From positions 159 through 64,158 of the forward strand of contig DAONFG010000009.1 in NCBI GenBank assembly GCA_035403465.1: DNA of 64,000 nucleotides. Reading direction: 5' to 3'. The notes beneath the pieces are model-generated. The model saw only the letters and a list, made by a program, of their open reading frames with translations, had not been told where the DNA came from and ran no database searches. Position numbers and translations under genes: made by a program. This document shows, piece after piece, positions 26,318-36,022 of this stretch; positions within the stretch are counted from its first letter, which is position 1; every line of letters starts with the position of its first letter. Source of the stretch: Spirochaetota bacterium (lineage in GTDB: Bacteria > Spirochaetota > UBA4802 > UBA5550).

Positions 26318-27502
26318 TTGGAAAGGACTATTAATTTTCTTAAATATAAAAACTGGATATTCATATTTACCTGGGTGTTTATCGCTGTTCTCCTTGTGCT
26401 GACAATGCTCAGGGGCGGCTTTGTCTGGGGAATAGATTTTGTCGGCGGCCATAAAATTATCGCCAGTTTCGAGGACAAAAATGTTAACGAGGGCGTTATA
26501 AGAACTCTTCTTAAGGATTTTAACCCGACAGTTCAGCAGGTTGGTGATCCATCCAAGAATGAATACATAATAACAACCAAACTGGAAACTGCAGATAAGA
26601 ATAAGGACGGGGTTGCTTCAACAAGCACCTGTCTTATCAAAGATGATCTCCTGAAAAGGACCCTTTTTGAAAAGTATCCCCTGGTTTCATTTGTAAATAT
26701 CGAAAACGGGGTTGATCAGGACTCTTACAGGATTACTGCTCAGTTCAAGGATAGCTCGGCAAATGAAGCATCAATAAAAGATGCACTGAATGCCTACAAT
26801 GTTACTGTTCAGAGATCAGCTAATCAGTCAATTAATGAATATATAATAATGGCGAGTTTTACCCAGAAAGATAAGACAGGCAGCCAGGTTGCTGCGGGGT
26901 ATATCGGCCAGTGTGGTCTTGAACATCTTAAACTTGCGTTGGGGCAAAAATATTCAGGTGTTCATATTGAAAGCGAGGAGACTGTTGGTCCTGCAATAGG
27001 AGAATATCTCCGGAAGTCGGCGTGGAAACTTACCCTCATGGCCATAATCCTCATGTCTATTTACCTTGCTTTCAGGTTCGAGTTCAAGTATTCGGTCGGA
27101 GGTATGGTTTCTCTTATTCATGACATGATAATCTCAATTGCATTCTGCGGAGTTATGGGCATAGAATTTGACATACAGATTCTTGCGGCACTGCTTACTC
27201 TATACGGCTATTCCATTAACGATACTATTGTTATTTTTGACAGGATCAGGGAGACAAACCAGCTTAAGTCGAAGATTACTTTTGCAGATGTTATCAACAA
27301 GGCGATCACCCAGACTTTATCAAGGACAATACTGACAGGTGTGACAACACTCTTCGCCCTGCTTGTTCTCTTCCTTGTGGGAGGTGAGGCTCTTCATAAT
27401 TTTGCTTTTGTAATGCTTTTCGGTATTATTATAGGAACCTATTCGTCCGTATATGTTGCTTCTCCTGTTGTTCTCTGGTGGGAAAAGTGGAGGAGCAGAT
27501 AA
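26318..27502 (+). CDS. secF: Protein translocase subunit SecF
   Basis: 394-aa ORF with a TTG start and blocks GIDFVGG, GYSINDTIVIFDRIRE and the SecF TM bundle. It carries an unusually long periplasmic insert. Confidence 0.85.
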   Translation: MERTINFLKYKNWIFIFTWVFIAVLLVLTMLRGGFVWGIDFVGGHKIIASFEDKNVNEGVIRTLLKDFNPTVQQVGDPSKNEYIITTKLETADKNKDGVASTSTCLIKDDLLKRTLFEKYPLVSFVNIENGVDQDSYRITAQFKDSSANEASIKDALNAYNVTVQRSANQSINEYIIMASFTQKDKTGSQVAAGYIGQCGLEHLKLALGQKYSGVHIESEETVGPAIGEYLRKSAWKLTLMAIILMSIYLAFRFEFKYSVGGMVSLIHDMIISIAFCGVMGIEFDIQILAALLTLYGYSINDTIVIFDRIRETNQLKSKITFADVINKAITQTLSRTILTGVTTLFALLVLFLVGGEALHNFAFVMLFGIIIGTYSSVYVASPVVLWWEKWRSR

Positions 27503-28434
27503 CCTCACTTTTGTCCGGGTTGCACTTTGCTGACCCGGACAGGCAGATAAGACCTGCTAAAACAGGTCTTATTCCAGCTTTAATTCTTTCATTTCTGTTT
27601 CTTGCCATCAGTATTCATGCCGCATCAGATCAAACTGATAATTACTCGCCTGAAAAGATTCTCCTGTTCACTGGGTACCTTGTTGAAAAAGGTGAATACT
27701 ACCGTGCATGGACGGAACTCCGCAGGCTTGAAAGTTATTACCCGGGATATATATCCAGGGAAAACTTTGATGTTACAGCCCTGTACCTTATGTATAAAGG
27801 GAAAAGATATGCTGAAATCCCTGAATTTGTTTCAGGGAAAGATGCAGGATGCGCTGCCGGCATTATCGTAACTGACAGCTTCATCATGCTCGGCGATTAC
27901 AATTCGGGATTTTCATATGCTGAAAAATACAGCGCGGTTTGTTCTGATGATATGCTTTCTGAGTTTTATTCCAGGCGTAAGGCATATATTTCAATTGCGA
28001 CAGGGGATATTTATAAAGATGGTATTCTAAAGCCTGAACTTTCAGGGTACAGGGAGCTTATACAGTACAGGGATAGAATGCATGACACAAGGAAGTCACC
28101 GGCGCTTGCCGCACTTCTGGGAGTCTTCCCCGGGGCAGGATACATATATTCCGGCGATGAAGGCACGGGTTTTGTTGCAATGACAGTTATTGCCGTTTTC
28201 GGTGCTGTCACATACGGTTCATACGAAAACGGGATTGAGCCGCTTGCCATACTTTCAGGCGCAGTGACACTCTTTTTTTACGGCGGAAACATTGCAGGCG
28301 GGTATCTTGAAGCAAAGAAGTATAATACGGTTATAGATCATATGATTGAAAAAAAGGCCAGGAGCGTACTTGCCCTTGACAATGACATTGACAGGATTTA
28401 TATACGGTTCGGTATAAGCTCAAATGGAAAATAA
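27478..28434 (+). CDS. Hypothetical membrane protein (helical-repeat N-terminal half, multi-TM C-terminal half)
   Basis: 318-aa ORF that overlaps the secF end by 25 nt. TM segments include LIPALILSFLFLAISIHAA, ALAALLGVFPGAGYIY and FVAMTVIAVFGAVTY. No family recognised. Confidence 0.5.
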   Translation: MGKVEEQITSLLSGLHFADPDRQIRPAKTGLIPALILSFLFLAISIHAASDQTDNYSPEKILLFTGYLVEKGEYYRAWTELRRLESYYPGYISRENFDVTALYLMYKGKRYAEIPEFVSGKDAGCAAGIIVTDSFIMLGDYNSGFSYAEKYSAVCSDDMLSEFYSRRKAYISIATGDIYKDGILKPELSGYRELIQYRDRMHDTRKSPALAALLGVFPGAGYIYSGDEGTGFVAMTVIAVFGAVTYGSYENGIEPLAILSGAVTLFFYGGNIAGGYLEAKKYNTVIDHMIEKKARSVLALDNDIDRIYIRFGISSNGK

Positions 28435-29650
28435 AAAAAAATTCATGCGCAGGGCATGCGAAATTGCTTTCAGCAGGATGGGACATACGTCGCCTAACCC
28501 TGCGGTAGGCGCTGTTATTGTTAAAAATGGAAACATCGCAGGCGAGGGAGGCACAGGTCCGTACGGCTCTGATCATGCAGAGGTGCGTGCGATTAAGGAC
28601 GCAAAGTGCAGAAACGCTGATCTGGAGGGCGCGGAGATATTTGTTTCACTTGAGCCGTGCAGTCATTACGGTAAGACCCCGCCGTGCACCGAGGCCATAA
28701 TCAGCTCGGGGATTAAAAAAGTTTATGTGCCGCTGCTTGACCCGAATCCGCTTGTGTCCGGGAAGGGTATCCGCAGGCTTGCTGAGGCCGGCATTGAAGT
28801 AGAAGTAATGCACCAGTCCGCCGCTATGGCCTCGGACCTGCTCAGGGGATTTAAGAAGTATATTCTCCGGGGAGAACCCTACATCATCAATAAATGTGCA
28901 ATGACACTTGACGGAAGAATCGCCACATCGACGGGTGATTCAAAATGGATATCCAACGATTATTCCAGGTTGCTTGCCCACAGGTTAAGGAGCGTATGTG
29001 ATGCGGTCATCATAGGGAAAAATACATTTGCCACCGACAATCCGTCGCTTGGTGTGCGTTTTGGCGACTTTGGAGATGATGTAAAGAATTACATGAAATC
29101 TGGTCATGCAGAGTTCTCGGGAAGGCGGAATTTTTTTATTGAACAGCTTATCACATCAGAGGACCAAAGCCCGGTTGATCCCCTGCGGGTACTTGCTGGT
29201 ATGCCCTCTTCTATTCCTGAAAACTGCAATTTTACCAAGGATGATAATTATGTTATAATTACAGGCCGTGATGATCTTCAAAAGAAGGTTTCTGGAAACA
29301 GCGGATTGAAAGATCGGGTTGCCGGACTTAATATTGTCACAGGTGATTTCAACACGCGGGACGAGGAAATTATTTTTATCATGAATTACCTGAAAGGGCG
29401 TGGCGTTATGTCTGCACTTCTTGAGGGCGGTGCGGGTGTAAACGGATCATTCCTGGATGCAGGGGCAACTGACCAGTTTATATATAACATTGCTCCCATG
29501 ATACTTGGCAGCGGGCTGCCGTCGGTTAATGCTGCGGAAAAAAGCAGTATATCGCAATCGCTGCAGCTCCATGATATAACTTCTGTTATGCTTAAAGGGG
29601 ATGTCCTTTTCTGCGGGTACAGGGAACAATATAATTTTGAGATGATGTGA
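28424..29650 (+). CDS. ribD: Bifunctional riboflavin biosynthesis protein RibD (deaminase/reductase)
   Basis: 408-aa ORF with blocks PNPAVGAVIV, HAEVRAI and SLEPCSHYGKTPPC. The reductase half carries KCAMTLDGRIA and LLEGGAGV. Confidence 0.9.
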   Translation: MENKKKFMRRACEIAFSRMGHTSPNPAVGAVIVKNGNIAGEGGTGPYGSDHAEVRAIKDAKCRNADLEGAEIFVSLEPCSHYGKTPPCTEAIISSGIKKVYVPLLDPNPLVSGKGIRRLAEAGIEVEVMHQSAAMASDLLRGFKKYILRGEPYIINKCAMTLDGRIATSTGDSKWISNDYSRLLAHRLRSVCDAVIIGKNTFATDNPSLGVRFGDFGDDVKNYMKSGHAEFSGRRNFFIEQLITSEDQSPVDPLRVLAGMPSSIPENCNFTKDDNYVIITGRDDLQKKVSGNSGLKDRVAGLNIVTGDFNTRDEEIIFIMNYLKGRGVMSALLEGGAGVNGSFLDAGATDQFIYNIAPMILGSGLPSVNAAEKSSISQSLQLHDITSVMLKGDVLFCGYREQYNFEMM

Positions 29651-29657
29651 GGTTTAT

Positions 29658-30326
29658 GTGTTTACCGGACTAATAGAGGAGACGGGTTCTGTCGCGGGAC
29701 TCAGGAGTTCAGGCGAGGGAAAACTGCTGACTGTGAATGCATCCGCTGTACTTGAAGGGACAAGAATCGGTGATTCAATCTCGATTAACGGCGCATGCCA
29801 GACTGTTACAGAGATGCAGCCGGGGTCATTCACTGTTTTTGTTTCACGTGTGACGCTGGATGTCACCACCCTGGGAAGTTTCAAACAGGGTCTAACGGTT
29901 AATCTTGAAAGGGCCCTGACCCTTACTACAAGGCTGGGAGGGCATATCGTCCAGGGTCACGTTGATTTTACCGGTCGGATACTTTCTGTTAAAAAGGATT
30001 CCATGGGCGTTGAGATAGATGTTGCGGTTGATCCTGCTAAGATGAAGCATATAGTGAAAAAAGGATCGATAGCCGCTGATGGTATTTCACTCACTGTTGT
30101 TGAGACCGGAGATTCATGGTTCAGGCTCTACCTGATACCTGAAACGCTGGATAAGACCAATATCGGGCTCTGGAAAACCGGGACGATAATAAACGTTGAA
30201 ACGGATATCCTGGCAAAATACATAGAGAAAATGCTCGTGTTCGGCAAGTCCGGATTTGAGGATGACTCCAGAACTTCAAGTGACGCCGGAATCATGGCAA
30301 AACTCACAGAGGGAGGTTACCTCTGA
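29658..30326 (+). CDS. ribE: Riboflavin synthase (alpha chain)
   Basis: 222-aa ORF with a GTG start. It has MFTGLIEETG, the duplicated barrel signature GDSISINGACQTV / GSIAADGISLTV, and the ETDILAKY tail. Confidence 0.9.
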   Translation: MFTGLIEETGSVAGLRSSGEGKLLTVNASAVLEGTRIGDSISINGACQTVTEMQPGSFTVFVSRVTLDVTTLGSFKQGLTVNLERALTLTTRLGGHIVQGHVDFTGRILSVKKDSMGVEIDVAVDPAKMKHIVKKGSIAADGISLTVVETGDSWFRLYLIPETLDKTNIGLWKTGTIINVETDILAKYIEKMLVFGKSGFEDDSRTSSDAGIMAKLTEGGYL

Positions 30327-31405
30327 CCGAGGCTGAAAATCTTTTTAATATTTATACTTCCGGGACTGACCGGGAATTTTACTTTCTTCCCTGTATATGA
30401 GGAGTGATAAATCCCGTGTATAACCTCCAGTGACCTGTAACCGTCTGTCAGGGTTGAATCGCATGCCGCCTGTTTCCCGTTGTAGATCCGCCTGACATTC
30501 CTGTACAGCTCCGTGAAGCAGTTATTCAGTTTTACCGGAGGAAATTTTACCTCGCACAGATCGTTGAACCCGCTGTACATGGATGACTTTTTGTATTTGA
30601 AAAGCCTGTTGCAGCCGTTACCAATTATGATTTTTCCTTCAGTACCCCAGATTTCAAGCTCAAAGAGAAAATACTTGCGTCCGCCGCCCGCCTCGAGAAA
30701 AATATCTATGCCTGAAACTGTCTTCAGCCAGGCCGTGGCAGAGTCCTCGTATCCATTCTGCCTTTCGATGCGGCTGAATGATCCTGTGGCGTTATCTATA
30801 TCGCCGAAGAAAAACCTGAGGATATCGACAAGGTGAGTGCCGTCATGAAGAAGAGGGCCGCCGCCCTCCAGTATTGACGAACTGCCCCCGTATCTTCCTG
30901 TGTGCATCCTCGCATTTACGCTTATGACCCTGCCGATCACCCCCTGTCCGATCATGCTCCTGACCTTGCGGTACCTGCTGTCAAAGCGCCGTTCGTGATT
31001 TACAATTACTGTGGAGCCATGTTCCCGTGCTTTTCTGATTAATCTTTCAGCTTCAGCCAGTGAGTGAGAAACCGGTTTTTCAAGGACAATTAATTTGACC
31101 CCGCTCTCTATTGCATCGGCTGCGATCTTTGAGTGCGTGTCGGTCCATGTGGAGATTATGGCAATGTCTGGTTTCGAAGAGTTGAGAAGACTGCGGTAAT
31201 CCGTAAAGCATGAGTCTGAATCAATACCCGAGGCGATTCTGAAAAGGGCAAGGCGTTCAGGATTTGTGTCGCAGGCTGATGTTATTTTTAGTCCGGCAGA
31301 AAGAGCACCGCCGAAGTGGGTACAGGGCTTTCTTCTAAGCAGATCCTGTTCGAGGAGAAATGCAATCCTTCCGCATCCGATGATGCTGCAAAGGGGTGTT
31401 TTCAT
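30317..31405 (-). CDS. Gfo/Idh/MocA-family NAD(P)-dependent oxidoreductase
   Basis: I use the internal ATG at 31405 (MKTPLCSIIGCGRIAF...), 1 nt after the glnA stop. Evidence is the Rossmann IIGCGRIA, the block EKPVSHSLAEAERL, and the C-terminal alpha/beta domain. The longer track ORF (to 31516) would overlap glnA. Confidence 0.75.
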   Translation of the reverse strand: MKTPLCSIIGCGRIAFLLEQDLLRRKPCTHFGGALSAGLKITSACDTNPERLALFRIASGIDSDSCFTDYRSLLNSSKPDIAIISTWTDTHSKIAADAIESGVKLIVLEKPVSHSLAEAERLIRKAREHGSTVIVNHERRFDSRYRKVRSMIGQGVIGRVISVNARMHTGRYGGSSSILEGGGPLLHDGTHLVDILRFFFGDIDNATGSFSRIERQNGYEDSATAWLKTVSGIDIFLEAGGGRKYFLFELEIWGTEGKIIIGNGCNRLFKYKKSSMYSGFNDLCEVKFPPVKLNNCFTELYRNVRRIYNGKQAACDSTLTDGYRSLEVIHGIYHSSYTGKKVKFPVSPGSINIKKIFSLGQR

Positions 31406-31406
31406 G

Positions 31407-32717
31407 CTATAAAACCGGGAGATATTTCTGTATTTCGAAGTCGGTAATAAACCGGTTGAATTCCTCATCTTCGAACATTTTATTCTGGAGGAATTTTTCA
31501 AAGAGTACTGTGCCAAGTGTCTCTTTCATGAGGTCGCTGTTTCTGAATTGGTTAAGTGCGTCATGCATGTGCATGGGAATTGATTTCACTTCATCCAGCC
31601 TGTCCTGTTGGATAAGTTTGTCTATGTTTTCAGGGAGCTCATACCTGTTTTCGATGCCTTTAAGTCCTGCTGCGAGCATGACAGAAAAGGCAAGGTAAGG
31701 ATTGCACGCCGGGTCCGGGTTGCGAAGTTCAATCCGCATTGAAGCAGGCTTGTCCGGCCTGCTGTTGGGTATCCTTATAAGGGCTGACTGGCTCCTGGTG
31801 CTCCAGCTGATTTTTGTAGGTGCCTCGTATCCGCTTGTGAACCTTTTATATGAATTGATCCACTGGTTGGTCACGGGTATGAACTCCTCGGCATGTTTAA
31901 GGAGTCCTGCTATGAAATAACGGCCGTTTTCAGAAAGGTGGTATTCATTCGAAGCATCAAAGAATATATTTTCGTCATCCCTGAATAAAGACTGGTGAAC
32001 ATGAAGACCTGACCCGTTTTGACCGGCGAGCGGCTTGGGCATAAACGAGGCATATATGTTATTCATCTGTCCTATCTCTTTAGCCACAACCTTGAATGTC
32101 ATGATATTGTCCGCTGTTGTAAGCGCGTCTTCATGACGAAGGTCTATCTCGTGCTGGCTGTTCGCGCCTTCGTGGTGTGATGAGATGACGTTTATTCCCA
32201 TTTTTTCGAGCGTTAGAACGGTCTGCCGCCTGAAGTCGGATGCAGCATCAAGAGGCGTATTGTCAAAATACCGGCCATGGTCAAGGGTAAGAGGATTCTC
32301 GGAATTTTTAAAGAAGAAGAATTCAATTTCAGGGCCGGTATAATATGTGAGTCCCATGGATGTGGCTTTTTTCAGGGTTTTCTTGAGTATGTAGCGTGAA
32401 TCATTTTCATAAGGGGTCATGTCAATATTGTATATGTCACAGAACATCCTTGCAACAGAATCCTCTTTGGGCCGCCAGGGGAGTACCTGGAAGGTCGATA
32501 CATCTGGAAGGGCTATCATTTCCTCTTCGTCTGACCTGATGTATCCCTGCAGCGTTGAGCCGTCAAAACGGACGCCCTCATTTAATGCATCTTCAAGCTC
32601 GTCAATGGTAATTGCAAAACTCTTCAGAAAACCGAGGATGTCTGTAAACCAGAGACGGATAAAACGTATTTTGTTATCATGGGCCAGTTTGAGGATGTAA
32701 TCTTTGTCGTCATTCAT
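31407..32717 (-). CDS. glnA: Glutamine synthetase, type I (about 440-aa form)
   Basis: 436-aa ORF with blocks FDGSTLQGY, GPEIEFFFF, HHEGANSQHEIDL, KPLAGQNGSGLHVHQSL and RIELRNPDPACNPYLAF. Confidence 0.9.
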   Translation of the reverse strand: MNDDKDYILKLAHDNKIRFIRLWFTDILGFLKSFAITIDELEDALNEGVRFDGSTLQGYIRSDEEEMIALPDVSTFQVLPWRPKEDSVARMFCDIYNIDMTPYENDSRYILKKTLKKATSMGLTYYTGPEIEFFFFKNSENPLTLDHGRYFDNTPLDAASDFRRQTVLTLEKMGINVISSHHEGANSQHEIDLRHEDALTTADNIMTFKVVAKEIGQMNNIYASFMPKPLAGQNGSGLHVHQSLFRDDENIFFDASNEYHLSENGRYFIAGLLKHAEEFIPVTNQWINSYKRFTSGYEAPTKISWSTRSQSALIRIPNSRPDKPASMRIELRNPDPACNPYLAFSVMLAAGLKGIENRYELPENIDKLIQQDRLDEVKSIPMHMHDALNQFRNSDLMKETLGTVLFEKFLQNKMFEDEEFNRFITDFEIQKYLPVL

Positions 32718-32729
32718 GGCAATACCTCA

Positions 32730-33719
32730 TCACCAGCTTATTGAGATCAGGAGAATGAAGAGCGCAAGAATTATGACAAATAGTATTACCATAATTATTA
32801 TGCTCCTGGCGGATGTAGGTGCATCCTCGCTGTCTGATGAATCGTATCCGTAAAATCTTGATCCGCGCATGCCTTCCTGTACCATGTCTGTCTTTGGATC
32901 GAAAATTTTCAGTTTTATCTGTTTGTCATCCTCGGTGAACATCCCGTAAACTCCCGGCATGATCTCCGTGAGAATCTCAACAGGATTATTTTTACCTGCA
33001 GTTGATTTTATATCAATAACACTCGCGGGATTAGGCCTGATCACGCCTGCCTCGCGAAGGTTGTAAAGGTCAATGTAATAGTTTTCCCTGCTTGTCGCGG
33101 GAATAAGTTTTATCATGATCTTGTCGCCGATACGAAGTTCGTAAATTGGTTTTCCCTTAACCGGCGAGAGAATAGGTTTAACCCGGAGTATTACAGACTG
33201 CCTGTCCTTGTCTTCCTCCTCGTTCTCATCGTCATCATCTTCTTTTTTAGTCTTGCTGCGCTCATCCTTGACCTTCCTGAACTCCTGGCTTGTCACCTCC
33301 TGGATGATCGTCTCCATAACCAGGTTTTTATCATGAATTATATGGTTGATCAGGTCATAGATTATCAGGTCCATCTGGTCATAATCATAGTTATAAACAT
33401 AATCGAACAGGAGCTTCATGGTCCTCTGGTCTTCAGAAAGTCTGGCAAATGAATCCGTAAGTGATGCGGTCATGCTGTTGTTGAAGTTGCCCTTCCACTT
33501 CCTGTCTACAATGTGCTCTTCGTATTTTTCCCAGGATGCATGGGGTTCATAGTCGTACATGTCCGAGTAGGAGGAAACGATGATATGATGCGTATCAAGT
33601 TTTTTGTTATTATTGAATATAAGAAGAAAAAGACCGTAGATGTTGCTGCCGCCTGACTTGAAGCGGCCTTTTACTATCAGGATATTGTCTTCTGAGTGTT
33701 GATTTTTTTCAGAGCCCAT
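32730..33719 (-). CDS. Hypothetical tail-anchored protein with acidic linker
   Basis: 329-aa ORF ending 12 nt upstream of glnA. It has an acidic run KKEDDDDENEEEDKD and a single C-terminal TM IIIMVILFVIILALFILLISISW. No family recognised. Confidence 0.6.
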   Translation of the reverse strand: MGSEKNQHSEDNILIVKGRFKSGGSNIYGLFLLIFNNNKKLDTHHIIVSSYSDMYDYEPHASWEKYEEHIVDRKWKGNFNNSMTASLTDSFARLSEDQRTMKLLFDYVYNYDYDQMDLIIYDLINHIIHDKNLVMETIIQEVTSQEFRKVKDERSKTKKEDDDDENEEEDKDRQSVILRVKPILSPVKGKPIYELRIGDKIMIKLIPATSRENYYIDLYNLREAGVIRPNPASVIDIKSTAGKNNPVEILTEIMPGVYGMFTEDDKQIKLKIFDPKTDMVQEGMRGSRFYGYDSSDSEDAPTSARSIIIMVILFVIILALFILLISISW

Positions 33720-34136
33720 TTTTCACCGGTTATTTCAATTACTTATCAGGAATTAGTTTATTTTCGGCACTTTCCGGTCAGAATCCCGGAAAAACACGCC
33801 TGCAGTTATATTAAATGTACCTGCATTCCTGCTTTTCAAGTATTGAGTTATGTTATGCTATTGGAACATAATGTCAATATAAAAAGATACTTGTGTGAAA
33901 ATTATAGGGCCGCACAAAGACCCTGTTTACACCTGCGGGTGCCGGTTGATGAACGACTCATTTAACTAAAAGAATATGATAAAAGCTGTTTTTGCTGTAA
34001 AATGTTGAGGAATTAACGGTGGTTTACATCTGTTTTTATTTATGATATATTTATTACAGGACGATAATCAGATCAGAGGGCAGGATATCGCGCCTTTGCT
34101 GCATCTATGAGAATTATACCTGTAAGGGGAAAATTA

Positions 34137-35324
34137 ATGAGAATAAAAACCGGGTTGTTTACTATATTTATATTTGCCTTATCAGCGTTGATGAATCTCT
34201 CTGCGGCAATCGACCAGACCTATGTTGAACGTATACTTAAAGAGAACAGGGAATTCATTGATTTTCTCGATATATGTGTGACCAACTTTGCCCCTGAGAA
34301 AAAAGATGACCTTTTTAATATATACCAGAAGCATTTTAACGGGGAAGTGACATATCTCCAGGGTGAATATAAAAGGGCATTCGATTATGTGTACGATTCA
34401 CAGAAGGATATGGTAGTCCTGTATGAATATATCCTGACAGAATTGTATATGGAGGACTCAAAGAATCTCCTGGACGGGCTCGCGCCGGTAATAATCAGGT
34501 CAAAGAATAATCTTGCAAGGCAGTACCTGACCCTGGGTTACAGGGACAGGGCTGTGGCGAGGACTTTTTATGTTTCAGGTGAAGCGTCGTATCCCAAACT
34601 CTATTCGTACAAAATATTCAAGTACAGGGAAGGGGTCACCTATGCGAGACGGGCTAAGAGATACGCGCTGCTTTCCCTTTACACGGGGCAGAGTCTTGAG
34701 GTGAAACGAAAAATTTATAACCAGCTCTTTAAGACTGAAAACAGCGAAGCCCGGCCGTTCTTCAGCAGGTTTGTGGACACGAACGACGAAGATTACATAA
34801 AAGAGATGAACAAGACCTGGGAGGACTACCAGAAAGAGGCTGGAACAGATACCGGTGAAAAGAAGACTGCTGATACTGCCGGGGAAGTGAAGAAGGACGG
34901 GACGGTGATTGAACCTGCGTTTGAAGGCAGGGTTGAAAAACAGGTGCGCTTCAGGAAAGAGCAGGTTGTGGCAAGGTACCTGATCAATGGAGAATTTGAC
35001 AAGGCTGAACTTATAATAAGGTCATATGTTGAGGATTACAATTACAAGCTGATCATGTCTACGCTGGTTTACCTTGATTCATCTGATACACATAAAGATG
35101 AACAGGCCGCGGCAGATAAGAAAAAGGATTATCAGGGAATGATGGTCCACCATAAGGACAACTACCACATCCTTAAACAGGAGAAATCCATTCTCGAGGA
35201 GCTTGTAGGCCAGGTCCGTGTCGCTGATGACATCAGGAGAGACGACGAGGTTATCGAGACTAAGGATAAAAAGGTCGAGGATGAGCCGGTAAATGATGCA
35301 GATAAAAAACCTGTTGAGCAATAG
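34137..35324 (+). CDS. Hypothetical secreted protein
   Basis: I take the ATG at 34137 (AAGGGGA 6 nt upstream) inside track ORF 34107..35324. The signal peptide is MRIKTGLFTIFIFALSALMNLSAA. The body is helical with a K/D/E-rich tail. No family recognised. Confidence 0.6.
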   Translation: MRIKTGLFTIFIFALSALMNLSAAIDQTYVERILKENREFIDFLDICVTNFAPEKKDDLFNIYQKHFNGEVTYLQGEYKRAFDYVYDSQKDMVVLYEYILTELYMEDSKNLLDGLAPVIIRSKNNLARQYLTLGYRDRAVARTFYVSGEASYPKLYSYKIFKYREGVTYARRAKRYALLSLYTGQSLEVKRKIYNQLFKTENSEARPFFSRFVDTNDEDYIKEMNKTWEDYQKEAGTDTGEKKTADTAGEVKKDGTVIEPAFEGRVEKQVRFRKEQVVARYLINGEFDKAELIIRSYVEDYNYKLIMSTLVYLDSSDTHKDEQAAADKKKDYQGMMVHHKDNYHILKQEKSILEELVGQVRVADDIRRDDEVIETKDKKVEDEPVNDADKKPVEQ

Positions 35325-35347
35325 CCCCGGGGAAAGGAGTGGCCTTG

Positions 35348-35440
35348 ATGAAACCGGTGTTCAATAAAATTATCAAATACTTTATCATCGTATTTGTTGT
35401 ACTGATAGCCCTGGATATTATATACTGGGTGTTTTACTGA
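35348..35440 (+). CDS. Candidate 30-aa hydrophobic small protein
   Basis: Below the ORF-track size cutoff. AAGGAG (35334..35339) lies 8 nt before the ATG. The product is MKPVFNKIIKYFIIVFVVLIALDIIYWVFY, a single TM helix. Its TGA abuts the stop of the convergent gene. Confidence 0.4.
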   Translation: MKPVFNKIIKYFIIVFVVLIALDIIYWVFY

Positions 35441-36022
35441 TTAGTCCTTGTCTCCGCGGACGTTGTATTCCCATAATTCAACCAGTTTGTCAAACTCCCT
35501 GTCCGGGGGTGCATCCCTGTATGTATCCCTCTTCCTTCTGATCAGGTATGATACGGTTGAATCCTCAATCAGAAACTTTTCACCAAGAGCGTTAAGCCTG
35601 TTGATTATGTAGTTCAGATTATAGGTGTTGAAGTTCCCCAGTATCTCTGTGGCAGCAACCGTCGGTTCATATTTAAGTAAGAGTTCTGTGAAGTAGAGGG
35701 CACTCCTCCATGAATCATTTATCCCGGCGAGTCCGGACTTGAAGTGCATGCTGAGTTTTTCGTAGAGTTCCATGTTCTTATAATACGATTCGTATATGTT
35801 GCGTATGTACTGCGGGAAGTGGTTCTGTACCTCCATCAGGTCAATGGGTTCGTTCATGGACTCGAAGAGTTCAAATATCTCACGGCTCTTTTCGTGGGGC
35901 GGAACAACTTCAACGAGTTCAATTTTCAGGTCCTTAATAATCGTGCGGACTATGCCTGCCTTCTTGAGATAAATCTCTATCTCTACCGGCTCTGTGTAGA
36001 ATTTTTTTTCTTTCTTATTCAT
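35441..36022 (-). CDS. Hypothetical cytoplasmic protein (193 aa), last gene of the antiporter operon
   Basis: I use the ATG at 36022 (MNKKEKKFYTEP...). It overlaps the upstream TAA by 8 nt (AATGAATAA). The track gives a TTG start at 36049. No family recognised. Confidence 0.6.
   Translation of the reverse strand: MNKKEKKFYTEPVEIEIYLKKAGIVRTIIKDLKIELVEVVPPHEKSREIFELFESMNEPIDLMEVQNHFPQYIRNIYESYYKNMELYEKLSMHFKSGLAGINDSWRSALYFTELLLKYEPTVAATEILGNFNTYNLNYIINRLNALGEKFLIEDSTVSYLIRRKRDTYRDAPPDREFDKLVELWEYNVRGDKD

Noticed and set aside
28380-28424. Expected FMN riboswitch before ribD, and SAM riboswitch before metK (16931..16982)
   Set aside because: ribD overlaps the preceding gene, and metK has only a 52-nt leader. 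Neither leaves space for, or shows the conserved cores of, these riboswitches.
28424-29650. RibD is about 40 aa longer than the textbook ~365-aa enzymes, with extra sequence in the reductase half
   Set aside because: Length variation in a loop region is not by itself evidence of new function. It would need an alignment I cannot compute here.
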